Shown here piece by piece: positions 1 through 10,636 of a stretch of DNA of 59,502 bases. A program made the translations under genes and the position numbers. This DNA is from Chiloscyllium plagiosum (Eukaryota): assembly GCF_004010195.1 (NCBI RefSeq), contig NC_057759.1:3065382-3124883 (forward strand), given 5' to 3'. How positions within the stretch are numbered: the first letter of the stretch is position 1; every line of letters starts with the position of its first letter. The notes under the pieces are model-generated. The model was not told the origin of the DNA, made no database searches, and saw only the letters and a list, made by a program, of their open reading frames with translations.

Positions 1-230
1 ATGGGAGGAATAGACAGATGGAAGAAAGAAAGACAAAGAAACAGAGAGAATGGATAAAGAGACAGTGAATGTGGAAACAAGAGAGGGAAAAGGATTTAGG
101 AAACAGAAAAAGGAAGTGGGTAGAGAGAGAAAGAGAGAGATAGGAAGATGGCGAGGTGGGAAACAGAGATGGGAGAGAGAGGGGGGGAGCACAGACAGAT
201 TCAGAGCGAGACACAGGGAGAGAGAACTTC
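1..230. repeat. GA-rich low-complexity / degenerate (GA)n tract
   Basis: Strongly purine-biased on +, with many GAGA/GAAA units; the ORF 50..247 is a by-product. Confidence 0.8.
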
Positions 231-469
231 TCAGGATCTGGATTTAATTCCCAGTATGGGCGGAGAGTAAATGTTGAATTCATAAAAATCTGGAATTAAT
301 GCTGGGCCCAGCCAGCAAAGCACACATCCTGTGAGTGAATTTAAAAAGACACATCAATGAATAATGAGATTGAGTTCAAAGCATCCCTTCGGCCCCTCAA
401 GCCTTCTACACCATTCAATAGGATTACAGTTGGTCCTGCATCTCAAGGCCATATCCAGACAATCCTTAC

Positions 470-650
470 AATATGGAGACAGTTCATTTGATCCAATGAG
501 ACCATACCAAACCTCCAAAGAGCATCCCATCTAGACCCATTCCCCCACTCTAACCCTGTAACCCTGTACTTGCAATGGCAAACCTACATAACTGATGTAT
601 CCCTGGACAGTATGGGTAATTCCTCATGGCCAATCCACTTAACCTGCACA
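470..650 (-). mobile_element. HE1-like shark SINE, 3' part (split by the CR1 that follows)
   Basis: 'catggccaatccacttaacctgcaca' and 'gagcatcccatctagacccattcccc' resemble the SINE copies at 15286-15557 and 42686-43020; the 5' part resumes near 1775. Confidence 0.6.
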
Positions 651-654
651 AAGA

Positions 655-1585
655 ATGATAGAATAATAGAGATGTACAGCATAGAAACAGACCCTTCATT
701 CTAACTGATCCATGCCGACCAGATATCCCATCCTAATCTAGTCGCACTTGCCAGCACCTGGCCCATATCCCTCTAAATCCTTCCTATTAAAATACCCATC
801 CAGATGCCTTTTAAGTGTTGCAATTGTACTAGCCTCCACCACTTCCTCTGGCAGTTTATTTCATACAGGTGCACCTACTGTGTGAAAACGTTGCCCCTTC
901 AGTCTCTTTTATATCTTTGCACTCTCCCCTAAACCAATGCCTTCTAGTTCTGGACTTCCTCACTCCAGGAAAAAGACTTGGCCTTTTTATCCGATCCATG
1001 ACCCTCATGATTTTATAAACCTCTTTAAGGTCACCCCTCATCCTCTGAAACACCAGGGAAAACAGCCCCAGCCTATTCAACCTCTTCCTATAGCACCGAT
1101 CCTCCAATCCTGGCAACATCCTCGTAAATCTTTTCTGAACCCTTTCAAGTTTCACAATATCCTTTTGCTAGGAAGGAGACCAGAATTGTACACAATATTC
1201 CAAAAAGCGGCCTAACCAACATCCTATACAACTGCAACATGACCTCCAAACTCCTATACGCTATACTCCGACCAATAAAGGAAAGCATACCAAACGCCTT
1301 CTTCACTATACTATCCACCTGCGACTCTACATTCAAGGAACTGTGAACCTGCACTACAAGGTCTCTTTGTTCAACAACACTCCCCTAGGGTCTTACAATT
1401 AAGTGTATAAGTCCTGCTAAGATTTGCTTTCCCAAAATACAACACCTCGCATTTATCTAAATTAAACTCCGTCTGCCACTCCTCAGCCCATTGGCCCATC
1501 TGATCAAGGTCCCGTTCTAATCTGAGGTAACCTTCTTCACTGTCCACTACACCTCCAATTTTGGTGTCATCTGCAAATTTACTCA
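655..1585 (-). mobile_element. CR1 (HER1-like) LINE, 3' fragment with RT C-terminus and tail
   Basis: Broken minus-strand ORFs 'SKFADDTKIGGVVDSEEG', 'YRMLVRPLF', 'LERVQKRFTRMLPGL...LGLFSL...MRGDL' are typical CR1 ORF2 C-terminal motifs. Confidence 0.92.
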
Positions 1586-1774
1586 CATGTTTGGATTACA
1601 AAGAACAAAGAAAATTTACAGCCCAGGAAAAGGCCTTTCTGTCCTCCAATAGACAATAGACAATAGGTGCAGGAGTAGGCCATTCAGCCCTTCGAGTATT
1701 CTTAATGGGGCCAAACCAAAGTCTTGCACAATTTTAACATGACCTGCCAGCTCTTATAGTCCTCCATTGTGGTA

Positions 1775-1918
1775 CTGTGGGAAGAAACCGGAGCACCCAG
1801 AGGAAACCCATGTAGACATGGGCAGAATGTGCAAACTCCACACAAACGGTTGACTAAGGGTGGAATCGAACCTGGTCCCGGTGCTGTGAAGCAACAGTTC
1901 TAAGCCATGATGCTACTA
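1775..1918 (-). mobile_element. HE1-like SINE, 5' part (tRNA-derived head and core)
   Basis: 'gggaagaaaccggagcacccagaggaaaccca...tgcaaactccacaca...ggaatcgaacctgg' matches the other copies in the window; B-box-like GGTTCGATTCC on the minus strand. Confidence 0.8.
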
Positions 1919-2329
1919 CATATTCGCCACTTTGTCTACATTGCACTTGGTTCCTTTCAAATCCAGACAACTATCACTCTTGCTGGATCTATTTCTTCTG
2001 CAGGCTGAATCCCCTCTGGGGAAAGATATTTCTCATCTTAGTCATACCCCATCTCCTTTAGATTTCACGTTCTTGGTTGCTGACACCCTCGCCCCCCCCC
2101 CCTTATCTCCCACCCCCACCCCGCCTTAACCGGGAGAAACATGTTCTCCACATCTAGTCTGTCCACTCCTTGTAGAAGTTTTCAATCTGATTAACCTCTC
2201 TTCTAAACACTCATGAATATGGGCCCCATTCTAATCAACCACCCTTTATAGACAGTCCTGCCACCATGGATATCAGTCCAGTGATCTTCTGCTGCACTCC
2301 CTCTCTGGAAAGGATATCTTTTCTAACAG

Positions 2330-3382
2330 GGAGATGGACACTGGATTACACCTCTTCCCACCCTACCTCTTGCAAAAATGCCATCCCGTATTCCCAATTC
2401 CTCCGCCTCCGCCGTATCTGCTCCCAGGAGGAGCAGTTCCACCATAGAACACACCAGATTGCCTCCTTCTTTAGAGACCGCAATTTCCCTTCCCACGTGG
2501 TTAAAGATGCCCTCCAACGCATCTCATCCATATCCCGCACCTCTGCCCTCAGACCCCACCCCTCCAACCATAACAAGGACAGAANNNNNNNNNNNNNNNN
2601 NNNNNNNNNNNNNNNNNNNNNNNNNNNNNNNNNNNNNNNNNNNNNNNNNNNNNNNNNNNNNNNNNNNNNNNNNNNNNNNNNNNNNNNNNNNNNNNNNNNN
2701 NNNNNNNNNNNNNNNNNNNNNNNNNNNNNNNNNNNNNNNNNNNNNNNNNNNNNNNNNNNNNNNNNNNNNNNNNNNNNNNNNNNNNNNNNNNNNNNNNNNN
2801 NNNNNNNNNNNNNNNNNNNNNNNNNNNNNNNNNNNNNNNNNNNNNNNNNNNNNNNNNNNNNNNNNNNNNNNNNNNNNNNNNNNNNNNNNNNNNNNNNNNN
2901 NNNNNNNNNNNNNNNNNNNNNNNNNNNNNNNNNNNNNNNNNNNNNNNNNNNNNNNNNNNNNNNNNNNNNNNNNNNNNNNNNNNNNNNNNNNNNNNNNNNN
3001 NNNNNNNNNNNNNNNNNNNNNNNNNNNNNNNNNNNNNNNNNNNNNNNNNNNNNNNNNNNNNNNNNNNNNNNNNNNNNNNNNNNNNNNNNNNNNNNNNNNN
3101 NNNNNNNNNNNNNNNNNNNNNNNNNNNNNNNNNNNNNNNNNNNNNNNNNNNNNNNNNNNNNNNNNNNNNNNNNNNNNNNNNNNNNNNNNNNNNNNNNNNN
3201 NNNNNNNNNNNNNNNNNNNNNNNNNNNNNNNNNNNNNNNNNNNNNNNCTTTATTCTTGATGAAGTGCTTTTGCCCGAAACGTCGATTTTGCCTGTCCTCG
3301 GATGCTGCCTGAATTGCTGTGCTCTTCCAGCACCACTGATTCAGAATCTGGTTTCCAGCATCTGCAGTCATTGTTTTTACCA
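2330..3382 (+). mobile_element. Penelope-like retroelement fragment spanning a gap, ending in a pLTR with a degenerate hammerhead
   Basis: 'LDYTSSHPTSCKNAIPYSQFLRLRRICS' is the Penelope RT C-terminal region. After the gap, 'ttgatgaagtgcttttgcccgaaacgtcga...gatgctgcctga...ccagcatctgcagtc' is the same terminus seen at 10123, 31322 and 50320. Confidence 0.85.
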
Positions 3383-3384
3383 GA

Positions 3385-4450
3385 TGGACACTGTACACCA
3401 TTTTCCAGAATGTGGTCTCACCACGACCTTGTATAACTTCAGGAAGACACTGCAACATCCGAACTCCAATCCTCCTTTCAATGAAGGCCAATGTCCCATT
3501 TCCCTTCCTGATTGCTTGCTGCACCTGCATATTTACTTCTATCAACATCTTATCCCTTTGTCCATCTGCACTTCCCAATGTATCACCATTTTAATCATAC
3601 TGGCTTTCTGTTTCTCCACACTTGAAGTGTAAAACCTTCACCTTTAACCACATTGTACTGCATCTGCCATGTGTTTGCCCCACTCACTCAAATTGTCTAA
3701 ATCACCTCCTTTGCACCCTCCTCACAATCCTGGCCAGTTTTGGGTCATGAGCAAACTTGTAACTGTTGCGTTTGGCTCCGTCATTCAGGTCATTAATATA
3801 TATTAAGAGAGTGGCTGGGGCCCAAGTACTGATTCCTGCAGTAACCCACTAGTCACTATTTGCCTCTTGGGTAAAAGACCCATTTATTCCCACTCTCTTT
3901 CCTGTCTATCAACTAATTCTCAATCGACATCAACATAATATCCTCAGTCCCTTGCTTTTACTTTGCACATGAAGCTCCTGTCAAATGTCTTCTGAAAAAG
4001 CATACGCTACATCTACTGGTTGTCCCTCATCTATCTTTTAACGCTCAGAAACTGATGGTCGATCTATTAGGAATCTTTCACCTTTCATAAACCCATTCTG
4101 GTTTCGTCCAATCCCTTTAATGCTTTGTAAGTGTTCTGGCATCACACCTTTTATAATTAATTCCAGAAATCCCACTGCTAAGTGATGTTCTGCTATCTGG
4201 TCTGGAATACTCTGTGTTTATTTTTGTCTCTCTGCCGCCTCCATTTTAAACAGAGGGATTACATTAGCTTCCCTCTAATATGTGGGAATTGTTTCAGATT
4301 CTATAGAATCTTTGAACATTATTAACAATGTACCCATTATATCCAGTTCCACTTCCTTAAAGACGCGGAGATGTCAATTATCAGTCCCTGGAGATTTAGC
4401 AATCTTCAATCCCACCAAACTCCCCAACACAGTTTGCCTATTATTACTGA
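3385..4450 (-). mobile_element. Old degraded CR1 LINE fragment
   Basis: Minus-strand remnants 'MQVQQAIRKGNGTLAFI' plus decayed RT-region nucleotide motifs. Confidence 0.7.
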
Positions 4451-4454
4451 TTTC

Positions 4455-4471
4455 CTTCTCTCTTTCTCTCT

Positions 4472-4511
<40 letters not shown>

Positions 4512-4555
4512 CCCTCACACGCTCTCTCTCTCTCCTGCACTCTCTCTTTCTCTCT
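4455..4555. repeat. (CT)n microsatellite
   Basis: Visible tctctc... tract. Confidence 0.95.
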
Positions 4556-6769
4556 GGATAGGAGTGTGCTTCTGTTCACATTCCCATTGTACACTGAGCT
4601 GAGTCCAGGAGCTGAATGATGGATTTATCCTTTGCAGCCACTCCGAAATTGTGATAAAACCTGGAGATACATACCGAGAAATGGGAGAGAAGAGAAGGCC
4701 TCCATTGCAGTGCCCTGCCTGAACGGGGCATGTATTCAGTCAGTGACTCAGTCTGCTGTTTCCTGCTTGTCTGATCCTGATGGTGGAAGGGGAGCAACGG
4801 CAAAGTGGGCACATCCAGAGAGTCTGAGAGAGATTGAGGTGGGAGACAGTCATCAGTCACCGGGACCTTTCACCACCACACTTCTCCCCCATTCCCCGCC
4901 CACGCCCCCCCCCCCCACCCCCCGACACACACACGCATACACACACCACCCCATCGCCCAATTCCCATTACCCTCCATTCCCCTTCCTGATTAAAAATCT
5001 CGGTCTGCACTTAATGACCCAGGTTTGACAGCCCTCTTGTGGTAAAGAATTCCAATGATTGACTCCTCTTTGTGGGAAGAAATTCCTCCTCACCGACAGC
5101 ACAGAAACAGACCCTTCAGCTCAGCTCCCTCACCTCCTCCCCGCCCCATTCAGTTCTTGGGGCGAAACAGGATCAGCCATTCCTCCCCATCTATGTTTCC
5201 AATCTGTCCAATCTCATTGTCCTGAAACAGTGACCCTCTATCCAGACTGGTGCAGGGGGCAGGGATTCAGATTCTTGTATCATTGGCATCTCTTCTGGGG
5301 CAGTAGTCACCTGTACAAGAGGGACAGGTTGCATTTGATCTTCAGGGGACCAATATCCTGGTGGGTAGCTTTGCTCGAACCACTTGCGAGGGTTCAATAT
5401 AGACTTGTAGGGAGGTGGGATTGAAAGCAATAGGGAGGTGAAAGACAAGGCTGATGGTTGTCTAGAAGTTAATGAGAGCAAGTTAAATCCTGAAAGTAGT
5501 GTTCTTGATCGCAATACTAGACAGGAAAGGCAAAAGCACAGGAGGAAGCAAAGGTAATCTCGGTAAAATTGGACTTATTTCCATGTCGGAAGCTTGATTG
5601 GTAAAACAAATTAAGTGAGGGCATGGATTGGTATATAGGGCTAGGATATTCCAGCTATTACAGAAACATGGCTGAGGGAGGGACAGGACTGGCAACTCCA
5701 TGTTCCAAGATACAAATGTTATAGATAAGAGAAACGGGGATGCAAGATTGGAGGGGGGGGGGGGGGGGGTTATGTTTTAGATGAGGAAAAATTGAGAAAA
5801 GGCCTCCCCCAACAGTCAGCAGGAGACTGAGCAGTAAATATGTAAGGAAGCTGCAAGAATAATACGATTGTAACAATAAGAGACTTTAACTTTCCTAAAA
5901 CATCGACTTGAAGTCACAGTGTTGAGGGCTTGGATAAAGGGAAATGTAAGTGTGTTCAGAGAGAATTTCCCATGCAGTAGGTATGGGAGGGGCAAAACTT
6001 GACCTCCTTTTAGGAAATAAGGCAAGGCAAGACTCAGAATTGTGAGTGAGGGAGCACTTTGGGAACGGTGATCACATTCTATTAGTTTTACAACAGCTAC
6101 GGAAAAGTAGAGGTCCACAAGCTAAAGTTCTAAATTGGGGCAAGGCCAATTTTGATGGTCTTCGACAGGAATGGCAAAAGGACTTTTGGTAAATGGGAGG
6201 CTTTCAGAAGTGTGTTAATGAGCATTCAGAGCCAGCATGTTCCAGTCATAAGTAGGGAACGCTGGATGACTAGAGTTATAGAGGTCCTGGCCTTGTAAAA
6301 GGGTAAGGCATAGGACATGTATAGGCAGGTGAAATCCAGTGAATTCTTTGAAGAGTATAGGGGCTATCGGAGTATGCTTAAGAGAGAAACAGGAGTATAA
6401 AAAAGTGACACGAAATGGCATTGGCAGATAAGGTAAAGGAAAATCCAAAAAGATTCTACAATTACAAAAATTGTAAAAGAGTGACTGGGGAGAGAATAGG
6501 TCCTCTTGAACATCAACATGGTCATCTACATTCAGAGTAAAAAAAAGATGGGTGAGATTCTAAATGAAAATTTAATATCGACATTAGGAGAATTACTTAT
6601 TGCTTCTCATCTGCCCCAATGGCACCCTTTCCACATACTAGGTACAGTGTTTGGCAGGCTCTAACAAGTCAAGCTTCCAAAATAGCAGCATGATGCCAGA
6701 AATGCTTACCCCAGTTTAAAGACAACTGTTGCAAGTGAATGACTTCAGGGGACTCTTTTTCCCTTTTCA

Positions 6770-7155
6770 CCACTGAAATAACTCAGTGAAAACCAATATC
6801 CTGTCACCAAGTCACCCTTTACTTACACGTGCACAGTACATGGCACTGACCCAGCTAGCACTGAGCCACCTCTCAAAGTGAACAGAACTCCTGGTACTCC
6901 TGTTTTTTTTTTGTTGTTGATGTTTTCACAAGTTTTACAGCATTTATTATAATAATTACAGAAGAAATCATACTTAATAAAAGCTGTGGGCTTCAGCCTC
7001 TGGTCATGTCCATTCATAACAGGTTGGCTGAGCACAGATTACTCCTGTTTATTATCTGTCAGCCAGGACTCCCCAATTGGACCAGACTAACAGTCCCAAA
7101 CAGGGAACTCAGATTATTTGAGGTCCACCTGGCTGACCTTATTCCAGTCACTATG
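6770..7155 (-). mobile_element. Probable solo LTR-like insert in the CR1
   Basis: A non-CR1 block interrupts the CR1; AGTAAA-like signal on the minus strand near 6817; boundaries approximate. Confidence 0.45.
6895..7050 (-). pseudogene. 134-bp retrocopied 3' end of a polyadenylated RNA with an 11-bp TSD
   Basis: Direct repeat TACTCCTGTTT at 6895-6905 and 7040-7050; T-run next to the left copy; TTTATT (minus-strand AATAAA) at 6942-6947. Confidence 0.8.
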
Positions 7156-8519
7156 AAAAGAGAGCAAGGAGAATCTCTATAGATAAGCAGGGTCAGATTT
7201 GGAAGCAGATGTTTCAAAACTATCAGTGCAAATAAAAAAAAATTCAGGTCAAAAAGCAGAACTCAACAAGAAATCAGAATCGCCCGTGGTTGGGAAAGGC
7301 GGTCAATGAGTGCTGTCCAATTCAAAACATAAGGCAGACAAAGTGGCAAAATATCGAGGTAAGTCAGAGAATAGAACATCATTCAGGAACACAGAGATGG
7401 TGCTTAAACAGAGAAACTTTATCGTGAAAATAAAAATATTCAAAAAGAGCTTCCATGGATATGTAAAAAAAAGATGAGGGTAGCAATCTGTAGGGCATGC
7501 TCTAAACACTACAGAATTTTGGATGATGGTAATTAATTCTGAGCCAAGTTGTGATGGTAAAGGAAGGGCTGCTGCCAACTTAAAGTATTAAGGGAGAAAA
7601 GACCCTGGGGCCTGATGGGATCTATACCAGAATGTTGAGATAGGCAAGTAAACAATTGCTGGAACATTGACAGACATCTTTGTATCCGCTTTGGCCACAT
7701 GTGAAGTCCCAGAAGCCTGGAGAATAACCGAATTTGTCTTACGAAGGGTAGCAAGAATAATCCAGGAAATTACAGGCCTGTGACTCTCATGTTGATGGTA
7801 GGGAAATCATTGGAAAAGATTCTAAGGGACATGATCTGTACAAATTTAAAAGCAAATGGATTTATTAGCGATGGACAACAAGGTATTTTATGCTGGTGAG
7901 TTCATGTCCCATTAATTTGACAGAGTTTTTGAAGGAGAAACTGATGATTTATGAGGGAGGAGTGGCTGATATTGTCTACATGAACTTCAGTAAAGCCTTT
8001 GACAAGATTTCTTGTGGCAGAGTGGTTCTAAAGATGATTTCACATGGTATCGAGGGTGAGCTGGCAAGGTGGATATCGAACTGGCTTAATCATTGGAGAC
8101 AGAGGGTAGCAGTGGAAGAATGCATTTTGGAGTGGAGGGTTTGACTAGTGGTGTTCCGCAGGGATTAGTGTTGGGACCTCTGCTGTTCGTGATCTACATA
8201 AATGAATTGGAGGAAAACGTAGCTGGTCTAATTAGTAGGTTTGCAGACATTAGAGTTTGGTGGAATTGCAGATAGTGAGGAAGATTGTCAGAGGATACTG
8301 ACAATACTACATACCAGATACCAGATCAAGATCTAGATCAGTTGGAAGCATGGTCAGAAAACTGGCAGATAGAGATTAATCTGGACAAATGTGGGGTGAT
8401 GTGTTTTGAAATGTCATGTACTGTTGGAAATTATACAGTGAAAGGCATTGATACATATGGGGATCTGGGTGTGCAGGTCCACAGATCACTGAAGGTGGCA
8501 GTGCAGACAGATAATGTGG

Positions 8520-9265
8520 CCAGATAGGCTGCCCAAAATAATTGATTTATGATGAACTTCGATAAAGTGGCCATAAATTAAAGCATGCTAGGAAATGGAA
8601 ACCAGCCTTTACTACAATCAATCCACATGGTGCAGAATGCAAACAGGCTGCAGCTGCCCACAAACAGTTTGCAAATAAACTTGATAGATGCAGACCCTGC
8701 AATACACACCTGGAGTTGGACTAGATTGGGACAACAGAATCTCACCCTTAGGACAATCGGGAGCATCAAAGTCAATTGCTGGGCACGGAGGCACACAGCA
8801 CCCATATTTGGAGGGGGGCTATGTGCATCCAGCACCTCCAATAATGGACACTTAAGGGCCACACTGCCATCAATGCGCTAACACTGGTTGGGTCTGATCG
8901 AACAGGGTAACCAAACCTGATCAATCAATTGGCAGGTCCTCAAGACCCTCACAAAAGGGCGTGAAGATTCAGAAGGGTGAGAATCGCTACAAAACCACGC
9001 TCAGCGCTGCAACTCGAGAATAACCACCAAAAGTGAAGACACATCCAAGACCATTGGCAGAAGAGGAAGACATCGCCACGTCGAGCCTGACCAAATTTTA
9101 GTGTGATGGTATATGATCATACAAAGTTAGTTAACGTCAATCATTAGTGTCTAGTATAATTTATTGTTCTAATACTAATTGTGTTAAATAAACAAGTATT
9201 ATTGTGTATCATTATTAAGAGTCAACTCACAGTTCTTTTGCTGTGTGTCAGGTGCAACAGCAAGG
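8520..9265 (+). mobile_element. Probable solo LTR inserted in the CR1 RT region
   Basis: CR1 homology stops after 'cagacagataatgtgg' and resumes at 'gcatgcttgccttcattgg'; the insert has AATAAA near its 3' end (about 9187). Confidence 0.5.
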
Positions 9266-10120
9266 TCGCAAAAAAGGACTACAGCATGCTTGCCTTCATT
9301 GGAAGGGGCAATGGGGATAAAGATAGGCACGTTATGCTGCACCTTCATACAACCTGAGTTAGTATAGAGTTCAGGTATCCAAACTACCTGGAATATTGTA
9401 TAGAGTTCAGGTATCCAAACTACCAGAAGTATGTGGATGTGGAGAGGATAAAGAAATGATTTACCAAGATGTTGCCTAGTATGAGGGATATTAGGTATGA
9501 AGAAAGGTTGGATAGGCTGGTTTTATTTTCACTGGAATTCTGGAAGATGAGGGACGACTTGATCGAAGTTTATAAGATTGTGAATGACATGGATAGAGTG
9601 AAAGGTATGAGGCTTTCTCCCAGGCTGGAGGGCTCAATTACTAGGAGACACTAGGAGACACGTGCTGGGGGAGGATGGATAGGGAAGTCTAAAAGAGATG
9701 TGTGAGGCAACTGTTTCACACGTAGGATAGTGAGTGCTTGAAATCCATTGTTAGAGGTGGTGGCGGAAGTTGACAAAATAGCTGCATTCAAGAAATACCT
9801 GCACAAATGCATGCACAGGAAGGAGCAGAGGAATACAGATTAATATACAAGGGCAAAATGTGTTGGAGGAGTTTTGGAGGGTTGACGGGCCTGTTCCTGT
9901 GCTGGATTATCCTTTGTTCTTAACGCAACTAATGTTTCCAGGGTATCTTCATTAACTACTCTGGGATGTAGATGATCAGGTACTAGTGATTTGTCTACCT
10001 TTAACATTATTGTTTACTCCAGCACATTTTCTTTCTCGTCCTGATTTTATTCACTTTTGCCCTCTCACTCAACCCCTAGTTCTATAACAATTCTGGGCAC
10101 TTACTTGAGTCCTCTAATGT

Positions 10121-10156
10121 GTTCCTGAAGAAGGGCATGTGCCCGAAACGTCGAAT
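10121..10156 (+). ncRNA. Minimal hammerhead ribozyme motif (Penelope type)
   Basis: GTTC-CTGAAGA-A-GGGCA/TG/TGCCC-GAAA-CG-TC-GAAT: intact core, stem II, palindromic stem III, GUC cleavage triplet, stem I GTTC/GAAT. Confidence 0.75.
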
Positions 10157-10250
10157 CTTCTGTTCCCTAGATGCTGCCTGACCTGCTGTGCTGTTCCAGC
10201 AATAAAGTTTCAGCTTTGATCTCCAGCGTCTGCAGACCTCACTATCTCCT
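10123..10250 (+). mobile_element. Solo Penelope pLTR (about 128 bp) with TSD
   Basis: Flanked by CTAATGTGT at 10114-10122 and 10251-10259; same sequence family as 31322, 33772 and 50320. Confidence 0.85.
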
Positions 10251-10636
10251 CTAATGTGTCCCAATTCTCTGCCACATCTTTGTTCACCAGGATAATTTCA
10301 CTTAGATCCTTACTGCACTAGATCTACATTTAAGTTTATAAACTTGTTGTTCTCACATGTTTATAGTTTTTATATATTGCAGCCAATTTCTATGATCACT
10401 AAAATTTCAATCTCTTACACTATTTTCTACTCTTGTACACTTACTTTCCTTTTTGGCTGATTTCTAAAATGCTCCCCATCCTTAGGCTTGCTGTTTTATT
10501 TTCTCAAGCAATTTTACGTCTCTACTCTTTGGTTCTATACTCTTCATAATCAATTTTGTAACTCAGAGCAGAGCCACCTTTCCTCCTTTTACTCACTTGC
10601 GTCAGACAGGAATGAATAATTCTTAGCGTGCAATCT

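Larger units (their letters stand above)
5245..9920 (+). mobile_element. Long degraded CR1 LINE (ORF1 esterase end, ORF2 EN and RT, tail), interrupted by two LTR-like inserts
   Basis: 'WCRGQGFRFLYHWHLFWG..LYKRDRLHL' (CR1 ORF1 SGNH-like), 'IVYMNFSKAFDKI', 'SGVPQGLVLGPLLFVIYINEL', 'LDQLEAWSENWQIEIN', 'RYEERLDRLVLFSLE', in collinear order with many stops and frameshifts. Confidence 0.88.

Noticed and set aside
2266..3578. Long ORFs of 290-410 aa (also those at 17215-18299 and 28236-28792)
   Set aside because: They are long only because they run through N gaps.
4575..4860. Unique-looking stretch with a possible acceptor (ttgcag) and ORF 4632..4994
   Set aside because: No recognisable protein motif or convincing donor; the ORF runs into simple repeats.
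9363..9425. Short direct repeat TATAGAGTTCAGGTATCCAAACTACC
   Set aside because: Local slippage duplication within a decayed CR1.
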